In this document: positions 39,000 to 46,617 of the stretch, one piece after another | How the letters are laid out: every line of letters begins with the position of its first letter | Numbering within the stretch: the first letter of the stretch is position 1 | From: Candidatus Margulisiibacteriota bacterium | GTDB taxonomy: Bacteria; Margulisbacteria; WOR-1; XYC2-FULL-46-14; WPAF01 | Length of the DNA: 54,592 nucleotides | Reading direction: 5' to 3' | NCBI GenBank assembly: GCA_041648295.1 | Contig: JBAZPF010000001.1 | Span: forward strand, 1-54,592 | Notes under the pieces: generated by a model | What the model saw: the letters and a program-made list of their open reading frames with translations, nothing else | Told to the model about the DNA's origin: nothing | Databases searched by the model: none | Position numbers and translations under genes: made by a program

Positions 39000-39908
39000 A
39001 TGAGCAAAGTTTACTTTAGCTCCGATCAGGCCAGACTCGATAAATTATTCGATGCCGCCGGTTTTGATAAACTGATCGGTCTCAATGACAAAGTCGCCCT
39101 GAAGATCCACTTTGGCGAGCCGGGAAATACGGCTTATTTAAAGCCCGCGCAGGTAAACCCGATATTTGAAAAAATAAAATCGCTTAAGGGCGATCCCTTT
39201 TACACCGATTGCAATACGCTCTATAAAGGGCCGCGCAGCAATACCAGAGACCATCTTCAGGTTGCAAAAGACCACGGCTACACAAATGTGATAATTCCTG
39301 AAGAAAATGATTTTGAAACGATCGAAGTCAATCTTAAGCATTTCAAAAAAGTTTATATCGGCGGCGCGGCGGCAAGGGCAAAAGCGTTGATCGCCCTCAC
39401 CCACTTTAAAGGCCACGAGATGACCGGCTTTGGAGGAGCGCTTAAAAATATTGGGATGGGATTGGGGACAAGGCTGGGTAAACTAAAGATGCATCAGGAC
39501 TGCCAAAACTGCCCGGAAGCTAAAACCTGCCGGAAAAATCAAACCATCGAATCCTGCTGGGTCGGCTCTCCGGCTCTGGTACAGGAAAAAATAGTGGAAT
39601 ATGCGTTCGGCGCGGTAAAAGGAAAAAAAGCGGGATTCATAAATTTTATCACCGCTGTAAGCCCAAACTGCGACTGCTACGGCTTTAACGACGCGCCAAT
39701 CGTGCCGGATATCGGAATCCTTGCCTCGACCGATCCGGTTGCCATCGACCAGGCCTGTATCGATCTTGTAAATGAACATGAAGGAAGGATAAAAGGGAGC
39801 GATAAATTCCAGGTTCTCTACCCGAAAGTCGATTGGACCATCCAGTTAAAATACGCGGAAGAGATCGGCCTGGGCAAAAGAGAATACGATTTGACAACCA
39901 TAGTATAA
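39000..39908 (+). CDS. DUF362 domain protein (putative Fe-S binding)
   Basis: VALKIHFGE.GN, THFKGHEMTGFGGALKN.GMG, and Cys cluster CQNC..AKTC. Start set at ATG 39000, 7 nt after TGaTATAAT. Confidence 0.75.
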   Translation: MSKVYFSSDQARLDKLFDAAGFDKLIGLNDKVALKIHFGEPGNTAYLKPAQVNPIFEKIKSLKGDPFYTDCNTLYKGPRSNTRDHLQVAKDHGYTNVIIPEENDFETIEVNLKHFKKVYIGGAAARAKALIALTHFKGHEMTGFGGALKNIGMGLGTRLGKLKMHQDCQNCPEAKTCRKNQTIESCWVGSPALVQEKIVEYAFGAVKGKKAGFINFITAVSPNCDCYGFNDAPIVPDIGILASTDPVAIDQACIDLVNEHEGRIKGSDKFQVLYPKVDWTIQLKYAEEIGLGKREYDLTTIV

Positions 39909-39909
39909 T
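39904..39909 (+). promoter_or_regulatory. -10-like element before the exonuclease gene
   Basis: TATAAT overlapping the DUF362 stop codon, then 6 nt to ATG 39916. No properly spaced -35. Confidence 0.3.
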
Positions 39910-39915
39910 GATCTT

Positions 39916-40563
39916 ATGATGCATGACCTCCTCGAAAGCGAATCTTTTAAAAAATTGGAACAGGAATACAAGTTCCTTTCCCGCGCCAGAGAACAGGTCT
40001 ATCAGCTCGAAAATGACGATTTTGTGATACTTGATACGGAGACCACCGGACTGGACCCGGCAAATTCGGAAATAATAGAAATCGCCGCGCTAAAAGTAAA
40101 GAACAAAGAGATCGTGGACATATTCAACCATCTGGTTAAGCCGGCGAATCCGATCCCTGACAATATAACCAAAATAAACGGGATCACGAACGAAATGGTC
40201 GAAGAATCCCCCACCCTCGGCAATATCACTTATAAATTTCTGGATTTTATCGGGGGATCAACTTTAATGATGCACAACGCTGAATTTGATCTTTCCTTTA
40301 TTAATCATCATATTTTCACGCCGAGAAAAAAAGAATTGGGCAGTCCGTCAATTTGCACTTTAAAAGTTTCAAGATTCGTATTGCCCCAGCTCCAGAGCCA
40401 CAAGCTCTCAAGCCTGGCACAGCACTTTGGCATACCGGTAAAAAACAGCCACCGGGCGCTGGGAGATGTTGAGACCACTTTTGAGCTTTGGTTCAAGCTT
40501 ACCCCCCTGCTTCGGGACAAAGGGATATCCACCTGCGAAGATTTGCTAAAAGCCATTCCATAA
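39916..40563 (+). CDS. DnaQ-like 3'-5' exonuclease (DNA pol III epsilon family)
   Basis: ExoI FVILDTETTGL, ExoII HNAEFDLSF, ExoIII HRALGD. Confidence 0.85.
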   Translation: MMHDLLESESFKKLEQEYKFLSRAREQVYQLENDDFVILDTETTGLDPANSEIIEIAALKVKNKEIVDIFNHLVKPANPIPDNITKINGITNEMVEESPTLGNITYKFLDFIGGSTLMMHNAEFDLSFINHHIFTPRKKELGSPSICTLKVSRFVLPQLQSHKLSSLAQHFGIPVKNSHRALGDVETTFELWFKLTPLLRDKGISTCEDLLKAIP

Positions 40564-40571
40564 GCTAAAAT
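40543..40571 (+). promoter_or_regulatory. pta promoter (leaderless geometry)
   Basis: TTGCTA (40543-40548), 17 nt, TAAAAT (40566-40571), then 6 nt to ATG 40578. Confidence 0.55.
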
Positions 40572-40577
40572 ATCCTC

Positions 40578-41516
40578 ATGAGCTTTATTTCTGACATCTG
40601 GACAAAGGCCAAACGCGCCGACAAAACGATCGTCCTGCCCGAAGGCGATGACCAGCGCACCATCGACGCCGCAAAAATAATAGAGCAAAGCAAATTGGCA
40701 AAAGTAATCGTTCTCGGGAGCGGCTTTATCGATCCAAAGAACCATCCGCGTCTGGAAGAATACGCCCAAAAATACTATAAGAAGCGCGAAGCCAAAGGCA
40801 TGACGCTGGACAAAGCGCGAGAAATATTGGCTAATGATCTGCCCTTTTTTGGCGCCATGATGGTAGATTCAGGGGAAGCGGACGGGATGGTATCGGGAGC
40901 CGATCATGCCACCGCAGAAACCATTCGCGCCGCCCTGCAATGCATCGGCCTGCCGGCCGGACACAACCTGATTTCCAGCTTTTTTGCCATGATCACACCC
41001 AAGCCGGAACTTGGGGAAAACGGATTATTATTTTATGCCGACTGCGGGGTTGTGCCCGATCCAAATTCCGAACAGCTGGCCGAAATAGCGATCACCACGG
41101 CTTCTTCGTTCACAAAGCTCACGGGGCTTGAGCCGCGCATTGCCATGCTCTCTTTTTCGACCAAAGGTTCCGCCTCGCATCCCGACGTTGACAAAGTGAT
41201 CAAGGCGTATGAAATAGTAAAACAAAAGCAACCTGATCTCTTGATTGACGGCGAACTGCAGGGCGATGCCGCATTGATCCTGGCGATTGGAAAAAAGAAA
41301 GCGCCGGGTTCACTCGTAGCCGGCCGCGCCAATATTTTGATCTTCCCCGATCTAGGAGCCGGCAACATTGCATATAAATTGACCGAAAGGATCGGTGGAG
41401 CGATCGCCCTGGGGCCTCTCCTTCAGGGCTGTGCTAAGCCGGTTAACGATCTTTCCCGCGGCTGTTCGGTTGAAGATATTGTTAATGTGACCGCGATCAC
41501 CGCGGTTCAAAGCTAG
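40578..41516 (+). CDS. pta: Phosphate acetyltransferase (short PTA_PTB form)
   Basis: IVLPEGDD.R...AA, DGMVSGA, and the C-terminal [25 protein letters not shown]. No ackA in the window. Confidence 0.88.
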   Translation: MSFISDIWTKAKRADKTIVLPEGDDQRTIDAAKIIEQSKLAKVIVLGSGFIDPKNHPRLEEYAQKYYKKREAKGMTLDKAREILANDLPFFGAMMVDSGEADGMVSGADHATAETIRAALQCIGLPAGHNLISSFFAMITPKPELGENGLLFYADCGVVPDPNSEQLAEIAITTASSFTKLTGLEPRIAMLSFSTKGSASHPDVDKVIKAYEIVKQKQPDLLIDGELQGDAALILAIGKKKAPGSLVAGRANILIFPDLGAGNIAYKLTERIGGAIALGPLLQGCAKPVNDLSRGCSVEDIVNVTAITAVQS

Positions 41517-41523
41517 ACCTCTT
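41458..41523 (+). repeat. Direct repeat copy 1 (functional 3' end of pta)
   Basis: 66 nt with 3 mismatches against 42639-42704. The first 49 nt are identical. Confidence 0.9.
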
Positions 41524-41539
41524 GGATTTATTCGGGGGC

Positions 41540-41568
41540 TTGACAGCATAAAGCGCCAGGTGTAAGCT
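41540..41568 (+). promoter_or_regulatory. Promoter of the ATPase cassette (leadered)
   Basis: TTGACA (41540-41545), 17 nt, TAAGCT (41563-41568). The ~46-nt leader carries the tandem 16-mers and an AAGGAGGG SD. Confidence 0.4.
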
Positions 41569-41596
41569 ACTAACACCATGTGTAAGCTACTAACAC
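41561..41596 (+). repeat. Tandem direct 16-mers (putative operator) over the -10 and leader of the ATPase gene
   Basis: TGTAAGCTACTAACAC at 41561-41576 and again at 41581-41596, separated by CATG. Confidence 0.85.
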
Positions 41597-41620
41597 ATGG
41601 TAGGCAAAAAGGAGGGCGGC

Positions 41621-42595
41621 ATGTATTTTAGCCCACGGGTTAAAGAAAAAAGAGAGGATTTTTTTAATTACGAAGCGCTCCAGGAAGAGCTAAAAAAGGC
41701 GCTGGGAGACCGATTGGTCCCGCTTATCGCCGTATACGGCTTGAGACGCACGGGAAAAACCAGTTTGATCCGGGTAGTGCTTAATTCCCTTAAAAAGCGT
41801 TATCTCTGGATTGACGGCCGCGATGTCCAATCCCGGGAAGAGCTAAAAGCCCGGCTTTTGGAAGAAACCCAAAAACTAAAGCGCTTTTCTTTAAAAAAAA
41901 TCTCCATCAAGGGGATTGAACTGTCCCTGGGACTTCCCAAGGAAGGACTCGACTATCTCAATAAGCATAAAATTACCCTGGTCTTTGACGAGGCGCAATT
42001 GTTGAAAAATATCCATCTGGATAACACTTTGGCTTATATCTACGATAATTATCCAAATATAAAAATTATCATTTCCGGGTCAGAAATTGGCATGCTGGCT
42101 AATTTCCTGGGAAAAGAAAACGCCAAAGCGCCTCTTTACGGCCGGGCTGTCCATGAACTTCACACTTACAAATTGGACAAGGATAAGGCCGTCCTTTTCC
42201 TTCATCTGGGAGCGAAACAGATAAAAATAATTTTAAAAGACAATGAAATTAGCGATGCGATATCAAATTTGGGCGGCATAATCGGCTGGCTCACAAAATA
42301 CGGCTGGTTTAGACGCGATTATCAGCATAAAGAGGCGCTGCGAAAAACCATTGACGAAGGTAAATATGTTGCCAAGGATGAATTTTTAAAATTTGCCCAA
42401 AGGGCGGAGAAAAAATATACATCAATAATAAAAGTAATAAAAGGCGGCGCTTACTGGGAAGAGATAAAAAAGAAAACCGGGATCTCCGACAAACAACTTG
42501 CCGCCATGTTAAAAAGGTTATTAAACTATGGTTTCATTGAAAAACGGGACAAATTGTATCATATTGCCGATCCTTTATTAGAAGCCGCTTACTAA
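41621..42595 (+). CDS. Archaeal-type AAA ATPase with a C-terminal DUF234-like winged helix
   Basis: Walker A GLRRTGKTS, Walker B LVFDEAQ, C-terminal wHTH-like KRLLNYGFIEKRDKLYHIADPLL. Start moved to ATG 41621, behind AAGGAGGG. GATC-poor (3 in 975 nt). Confidence 0.75.
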   Translation: MYFSPRVKEKREDFFNYEALQEELKKALGDRLVPLIAVYGLRRTGKTSLIRVVLNSLKKRYLWIDGRDVQSREELKARLLEETQKLKRFSLKKISIKGIELSLGLPKEGLDYLNKHKITLVFDEAQLLKNIHLDNTLAYIYDNYPNIKIIISGSEIGMLANFLGKENAKAPLYGRAVHELHTYKLDKDKAVLFLHLGAKQIKIILKDNEISDAISNLGGIIGWLTKYGWFRRDYQHKEALRKTIDEGKYVAKDEFLKFAQRAEKKYTSIIKVIKGGAYWEEIKKKTGISDKQLAAMLKRLLNYGFIEKRDKLYHIADPLLEAAY

Positions 42596-42607
42596 AATCA
42601 CTCTAAA

Positions 42608-42704
42608 CCCTGGCAATCCCGACGCGGATCAAGGCTGTGCGGCTGTTCGGTTGAAGATATTGTTAATGTGACCGCGATCACCGCGGTGGAAAGCTAGACT
42701 TCTT
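42608..42704 (+). pseudogene. Decayed remnant of the pta 3' end (direct repeat copy 2)
   Basis: 42639-42704 matches 41458-41523 and keeps an in-register TAG (42695-42697). Upstream, CAAGGCTGTGC aligns to 41424-41434 with a 25-nt deletion relative to pta. Similarity fades before ~42608. Confidence 0.8.
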
Positions 42705-42708
42705 AAAA

Positions 42709-42753
42709 AATTTAAGCCGCCGATTCTTAATTAAAGAATCGGCGGCTTAAATT
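42709..42753. terminator. Bidirectional intrinsic terminator
   Basis: Perfect 20-bp stem (42709-42728 / 42734-42753) with a 5-nt loop. It is flanked by an A-run on the left (a U-run for the minus-strand lipoprotein transcript) and AGATTTT on the right. Confidence 0.75.
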
Positions 42754-42771
42754 AGATTTTCCCTTTATTTA

Positions 42772-43194
42772 TTATTCCTTTTTTTCTTCTTTTTTATTAC
42801 AAAAAAAAGAAAATACATAATGCACTTCTCCCATCAATCCGTTCTTGCCGGGTGCTTCTAAGGTCAAGGTTGTTAAACCGCATTCTTCCCTATCCAAATC
42901 CTTGACTCTACCACAGCTCACATCAACTCCCGCACTTTTCGCTCCATCTCTGGCCATGTTCACTGCCTCAAATATATCTTCACTCAAAGCTCCCGCTGAT
43001 GCAACGCAAACGTGTGTTCTCTGAAGTCGCGACCTCATTGCTGACACTTTATTTTCTTGCCAACTGTCGTACCTCTCACCATTAGTCATTGTTACGGTTG
43101 GAACAGCTTGCCTCGCACATCCGGCAGTTAGCATAGTCATTGCGCCAATACTCATCATTCTGCTGACTCTTGTAGCCATAACGCTCATGCTCAT
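42772..43194 (-). CDS. Hypothetical Cys-rich putative lipoprotein (140 aa)
   Basis: AGGAGG lies 9 nt before the ATG. The signal-like N-terminus ends in MLTAGC (lipobox-like). Followed by a 20-bp-stem terminator. No GATC in 423 nt. No family recognised. Confidence 0.55.
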   Translation of the reverse strand: MSMSVMATRVSRMMSIGAMTMLTAGCARQAVPTVTMTNGERYDSWQENKVSAMRSRLQRTHVCVASAGALSEDIFEAVNMARDGAKSAGVDVSCGRVKDLDREECGLTTLTLEAPGKNGLMGEVHYVFSFFCNKKEEKKE

Positions 43195-43404
43195 CTATTT
43201 TTACCTCCTGTTATTTCGTATATCTTGAATCCTTGGTATCCCGATATCCTCTTATCGCCTCTCACGCCGCAAAAATTTCAGCATTGAAAATAATTATTTA
43301 TAAAAATTGACGAGAGCGCAGAGGCTAAGAGCCTCTGCTACGCGTTTTGGGTTACTTTATTTAATCCCGATTTCATGTTAAAATCGCTCAAGGAGGAATG
43401 ACCT

Positions 43405-44937
43405 ATGACCAGGAAAATTAAAATATTCGACACCACCCTGCGCGATGGAGAACAGTGTCCAGGAGCCTCCCTTAACGCCGAAGAAAAAATGGAAATCGCC
43501 AGACAGCTGGCCAAGCTTAATGTTGATGCCATCGAAGCCGGATTTGCCATCGCTTCTCCAGGAGATTTTGAATCCGTAAAAATGATCGCCCAGCAGATAA
43601 AGGGACCGATCATCTGCAGTTTGGCCCGCGCCAAAAAAGAGGACATTGAACGGGCTTACGAAGCGGTAAAATATTCCGACCGTCCGAGGATACATGTTTT
43701 TCTCGCCACCTCCCCCATCCATATGGAAAAGAAATTGAGAATGACCCCTGACCAGGTATTGAACCAGGCAGTCGAAATGGTAAAGCTCGGCAGAAAACTT
43801 TGCCCGGATATTGAATTTTCACCCGAAGATGCCGGGCGTTCGGAACCAGAATTTCTCCACAAAATAATCAGTGCCGTGGTCGAAGCCGGAGCTTCTACCA
43901 TCAATGTTCCGGACACGGTCGGATACACCACCCCGTGGGAGTGGGAAGCTTTGATAAAAAGCATCGTTGATCTGGTAAAAGGAAAAAATGTCGCCATCAG
44001 CGTTCATTGCCACAATGACCTTGGTCTGGCCACGGCCAATTCCCTGGCCGCGGTCAAAGCCGGCGCCAACCAGGTTGAATGTACGATCAACGGGATCGGA
44101 GAAAGGGCCGGCAACGCGTCTCTTGAAGAAGTGGTAATGGCAATAAAGACCAGAAAAAACTTTTTTGACTGCGAAACTAATATCAAGACAACGGAGATCT
44201 ATAAGGCCAGCCGGCTGGTCTCAAACCTTACCGGCCTGCTGGTACAGCCAAATAAAGCGGTGGTCGGGGCCAATGCATTTGCCCATGAGGCCGGCATTCA
44301 TCAGGCTGGAGTACTGCGCGCGAAAGAGACTTATGAGATTATGTCCCCGCAGGATATAGGATTGACCGAATCCCGCCTGGTATTGGGCAAACATTCCGGC
44401 CGCCATGCTTTTGCCGACAAGCTTAAGGACATGGGCTACCAGCTGACCGAAGAAAATTTGGAAAAAGCTTTTGAACGCTTTAAAGACCTGGCGGACAAAA
44501 AGAAAGATGTATCGGAACGGGACCTTGAGATAATCGTATCAGAAGAGGTTTATATCGTTCCGGAAACTTACAAGATAGAAAGCATAGACGTTAAATCCGG
44601 CACGCATATAAAGCCGACCGCGGAAGTAAGGCTAATCTACAAGGACAAAGTCCTGGTTGAAACCGCCCAGGGAACCGGACCGGTTGACGCCGTCTATAAG
44701 GCTATCGATAAGCTAATAAAAATGCAGCCTAGTCTGGTCGATTATACGATCCAGGCGATCACCGGAGGAACGGACGCCCAGGGAGAAGTCATCGTAAGGA
44801 TAACGGATAACGGAAGAATATTCGTAGGCCATGGGGCCTCAACCGACATTATAATCGCTTCAGCCAAAGCGTATCTCTCCGCCATTAACCGGCTGATCTA
44901 CAATAAAGCGCAGGATTCGTCGAAAGAATTAGATTGA
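43405..44937 (+). CDS. leuA: 2-isopropylmalate synthase (citramalate synthase not excluded)
   Basis: [20 protein letters not shown], the EG.G.RAGNA pattern, and a C-terminal LeuA allosteric domain. AAGGAGG SD. Confidence 0.9.
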   Translation: MTRKIKIFDTTLRDGEQCPGASLNAEEKMEIARQLAKLNVDAIEAGFAIASPGDFESVKMIAQQIKGPIICSLARAKKEDIERAYEAVKYSDRPRIHVFLATSPIHMEKKLRMTPDQVLNQAVEMVKLGRKLCPDIEFSPEDAGRSEPEFLHKIISAVVEAGASTINVPDTVGYTTPWEWEALIKSIVDLVKGKNVAISVHCHNDLGLATANSLAAVKAGANQVECTINGIGERAGNASLEEVVMAIKTRKNFFDCETNIKTTEIYKASRLVSNLTGLLVQPNKAVVGANAFAHEAGIHQAGVLRAKETYEIMSPQDIGLTESRLVLGKHSGRHAFADKLKDMGYQLTEENLEKAFERFKDLADKKKDVSERDLEIIVSEEVYIVPETYKIESIDVKSGTHIKPTAEVRLIYKDKVLVETAQGTGPVDAVYKAIDKLIKMQPSLVDYTIQAITGGTDAQGEVIVRITDNGRIFVGHGASTDIIIASAKAYLSAINRLIYNKAQDSSKELD

Positions 44938-45177
44938 TTACTGCTCGACGGTAATACAGGTCAGTGTGCGGGCGACAAAACCTGACGACTGTATTCTTTT
45001 GACGATCAATTCACCGAGCATTTTAAGGTCTGCGGCTTCAACAAACGCGATCACATCATAAGGGCCAGTGACCAAATGTACGGTTTTAACTCCTTTGATT
45101 TCCTTTGTTAAATTGACCAGTTCCATTGCTTTTCCCGGAATTGCTTCTATTAGAATATAAGCGGTTGTGCCTGCCAT
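44938..45177 (-). CDS. Stand-alone Lrp/AsnC-type ligand-binding (RAM) domain protein, no HTH
   Basis: 79 aa. AYILIEA.PGK...V...I..I.GV..VHLVTGPYDVIAFVEA pattern. Start set at ATG 45177, which has an AAGAGGTG SD. The longer track start at 45201 would lie inside the predicted -10. Confidence 0.75.
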   Translation of the reverse strand: MAGTTAYILIEAIPGKAMELVNLTKEIKGVKTVHLVTGPYDVIAFVEAADLKMLGELIVKRIQSSGFVARTLTCITVEQ

Positions 45178-45199
45178 ATTAATACACCTCTTTGGACTC

Positions 45200-45229
45200 A
45201 TTATAAATTGTTGCTTAAAATATTGTCAA
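45200..45229 (-). promoter_or_regulatory. Promoter of the stand-alone RAM-domain gene (leadered)
   Basis: Minus strand: TTGACA (45229-45224), 18 nt, TATAAT (45205-45200), then a 22-nt leader with an AAGAGGTG SD before ATG 45177. Confidence 0.5.
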
Positions 45230-45239
45230 GTAGTATAAT
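45211..45239 (+). promoter_or_regulatory. Promoter of the DUF502-rnfE-oxidoreductase operon
   Basis: TTGCTT (45211-45216), 17 nt, TATAAT (45234-45239), then 10 nt to ATG 45250. Interdigitated with the divergent RAM promoter. Confidence 0.55.
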
Positions 45240-45249
45240 ATTTCTCGAT

Positions 45250-45858
45250 ATGTGGACAAAAATCATTAATTATTTAATAAAAGGACTTGTGACCCTTCTT
45301 CCCCTTCTTGTTACTATCTGGCTCATAATGTTCATCTTTACCTTTATGGACAGTATTCTCGGCGGGATCATTGCCTTTTTTACCGGCCATCGCATTCCCG
45401 GATTGGGATTGATCCTGATTGTTTTCATTATATATGCGGCGGGCTATTTTTCGGAACATGTCTTTGGCGCCACAATATTCAAGTTCGGGGAACAGATATT
45501 GTACCGGATCCCTATAATAAAAGGCATTTACACTTCAGCCAAACAGATAAATGACGTCCTGTTCATGCATAAGGGAGCTGGAGAATACCGCCGGGCCTGC
45601 CTGGTTGAATATCCGCGCAAGGGGATTTATACCATGGGGTTTGTCACTTCCGACGCCGCGGAAGAAGTAGAAAAGAAGGTAAAATGCAAGTTGATTAATA
45701 TATTTATCCCAAATACTCCGACCCCGGCAACCGGTTTTCTGATAATGGTTCCCGCGCAGGATGTGATACTGCTCGACATGAAAGCGGAAGAAGCCTTTAA
45801 ATATATTATTTCGGGAGGGGTTCTAAAGCCCCCGGCGGTAGAAAGTGAGAGTATTTGA
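45250..45858 (+). CDS. DUF502 membrane protein
   Basis: Two N-terminal TM helices, GLVTLLPLLVTIW and IPGLGLI motifs, ..YPRKG.Y..GFVT... Start at ATG 45250, 10 nt after TATAAT. Confidence 0.75.
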   Translation: MWTKIINYLIKGLVTLLPLLVTIWLIMFIFTFMDSILGGIIAFFTGHRIPGLGLILIVFIIYAAGYFSEHVFGATIFKFGEQILYRIPIIKGIYTSAKQINDVLFMHKGAGEYRRACLVEYPRKGIYTMGFVTSDAAEEVEKKVKCKLINIFIPNTPTPATGFLIMVPAQDVILLDMKAEEAFKYIISGGVLKPPAVESESI

Positions 45859-46417
45859 AGAGTTCTATAATGGCATATTTTCCGAAAATCCGGTATTAAG
45901 AATTCTCCTTGGTCTCTGCGCCACCATGGCGGTCACAACTTCTTTCATCAACGGCCTCGGTATGGGACTTTCTACTTCATTCGTTCTAGTCTGCAGTAAT
46001 GTTATAATATCCTCCATTCGCAATATCATGCCGGAAAAGATCCGCATACCGGTAATGATAATCGTGATCGCAACCTTTACCACGGTCATCGACCTCATGA
46101 TGGCCGCTTATACGCCGGCGCTTTCAAAAGCGCTGGGAATATATATCCCGCTTATTGTCGTTAATTGCATCATCTTCGGCCGAGCCGAGGCGTTCGCTTC
46201 AAAAAACCGGATCTTTGAATCATTGATCGACGGCCTGACAAAGGGCGCGGGCTTTACTCTGACCCTAATGTTCATTGGTTTTATACGCGAATATCTCGGA
46301 AAACAAGTAATGATCATGCTGCTGCCGCCGGGGGCGTTCCTTTTGATCGGAATTCTCATAGGTATGATGAATCTTATACAACAATGGCAGGAACAAAGAA
46401 ACAAAAATCTAGCGTAG
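45845..46417 (+). CDS. rnfE: RnfE/RsxE-like electron-transport-complex membrane subunit (orphan in this window)
   Basis: Collinear with E. coli RsxE from memory: LLGLC..MAVT, IRIP, LGIYIPLIVVNCIIFGRAEAFASK, MLLPPGAF. GTG start overlaps the DUF502 gene by 14 nt. Confidence 0.7.
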   Translation: MRVFEEFYNGIFSENPVLRILLGLCATMAVTTSFINGLGMGLSTSFVLVCSNVIISSIRNIMPEKIRIPVMIIVIATFTTVIDLMMAAYTPALSKALGIYIPLIVVNCIIFGRAEAFASKNRIFESLIDGLTKGAGFTLTLMFIGFIREYLGKQVMIMLLPPGAFLLIGILIGMMNLIQQWQEQRNKNLA

Positions 46418-46617
46418 AACCGCTGCATATATTCAGCCGCGCCTGCAGAGGCTGCGGGATCTGCATCGCTTTTTGCCCTCATAAAGTTCTGGAATTTGAT
46501 CTTTACGGCATCCCAAAAGCGGTCCATCCTGAAAAATGCAAAAACTGCCTTATCTGCGATATCCTTTGCCCTGACTTTGCCATAACCGGCATGAGGAAAA
46601 GGAAAACGCATTCATGA
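46384..46617 (+). CDS. 2x[4Fe-4S] ferredoxin (oxidoreductase delta subunit)
   Basis: CRGCGICIAFCP and CKNCLICDILCP motifs. Overlaps the rnfE end and the alpha-subunit start. Confidence 0.85.
   Translation: MAGTKKQKSSVEPLHIFSRACRGCGICIAFCPHKVLEFDLYGIPKAVHPEKCKNCLICDILCPDFAITGMRKRKTHS

Noticed and set aside
39891-39896. Perfect TTGACA upstream of the exonuclease gene, as its -35.
   Set aside because: It is only 7 nt from the TATAAT at 39904-39909, far from the 16-19-nt spacing RNAP needs. Only the -10 is reported, at low confidence.
41561-41596. The direct repeats as a mini-CRISPR array.
   Set aside because: There are only two 16-nt copies separated by 4 nt, with no spacers of CRISPR length and no cas genes.
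42709-42753. The long perfect palindrome as an integron attC site or a cassette recombination site.
   Set aside because: It has no RYYYAAC/GTTRRRY core sites, no extrahelical-base asymmetry (the stem is perfect) and no intI nearby. The flanking A/T runs fit a bidirectional intrinsic terminator.
43318-43338. 9-bp-stem hairpin (GCAGAGGCT-AAG-AGCCTCTGC) in the lipoprotein/leuA divergent region, as a possible attenuator or riboswitch stem.
   Set aside because: It is followed by TACGCGTTTTGGG, which is only a weak, interrupted U-tract. It has no recognisable T-box or riboswitch core, and I could not place a promoter upstream with confidence. Left as unexplained.
43375-43401. 8-codon uORF (MLKSLKEE) just upstream of leuA, as a possible leucine leader peptide.
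   Set aside because: It has only two non-adjacent Leu codons and it overlaps the leuA SD. I could find no alternative terminator/antiterminator pairings downstream. A TGtTAAAAT element (43376-43384) would even place the transcription start inside it.
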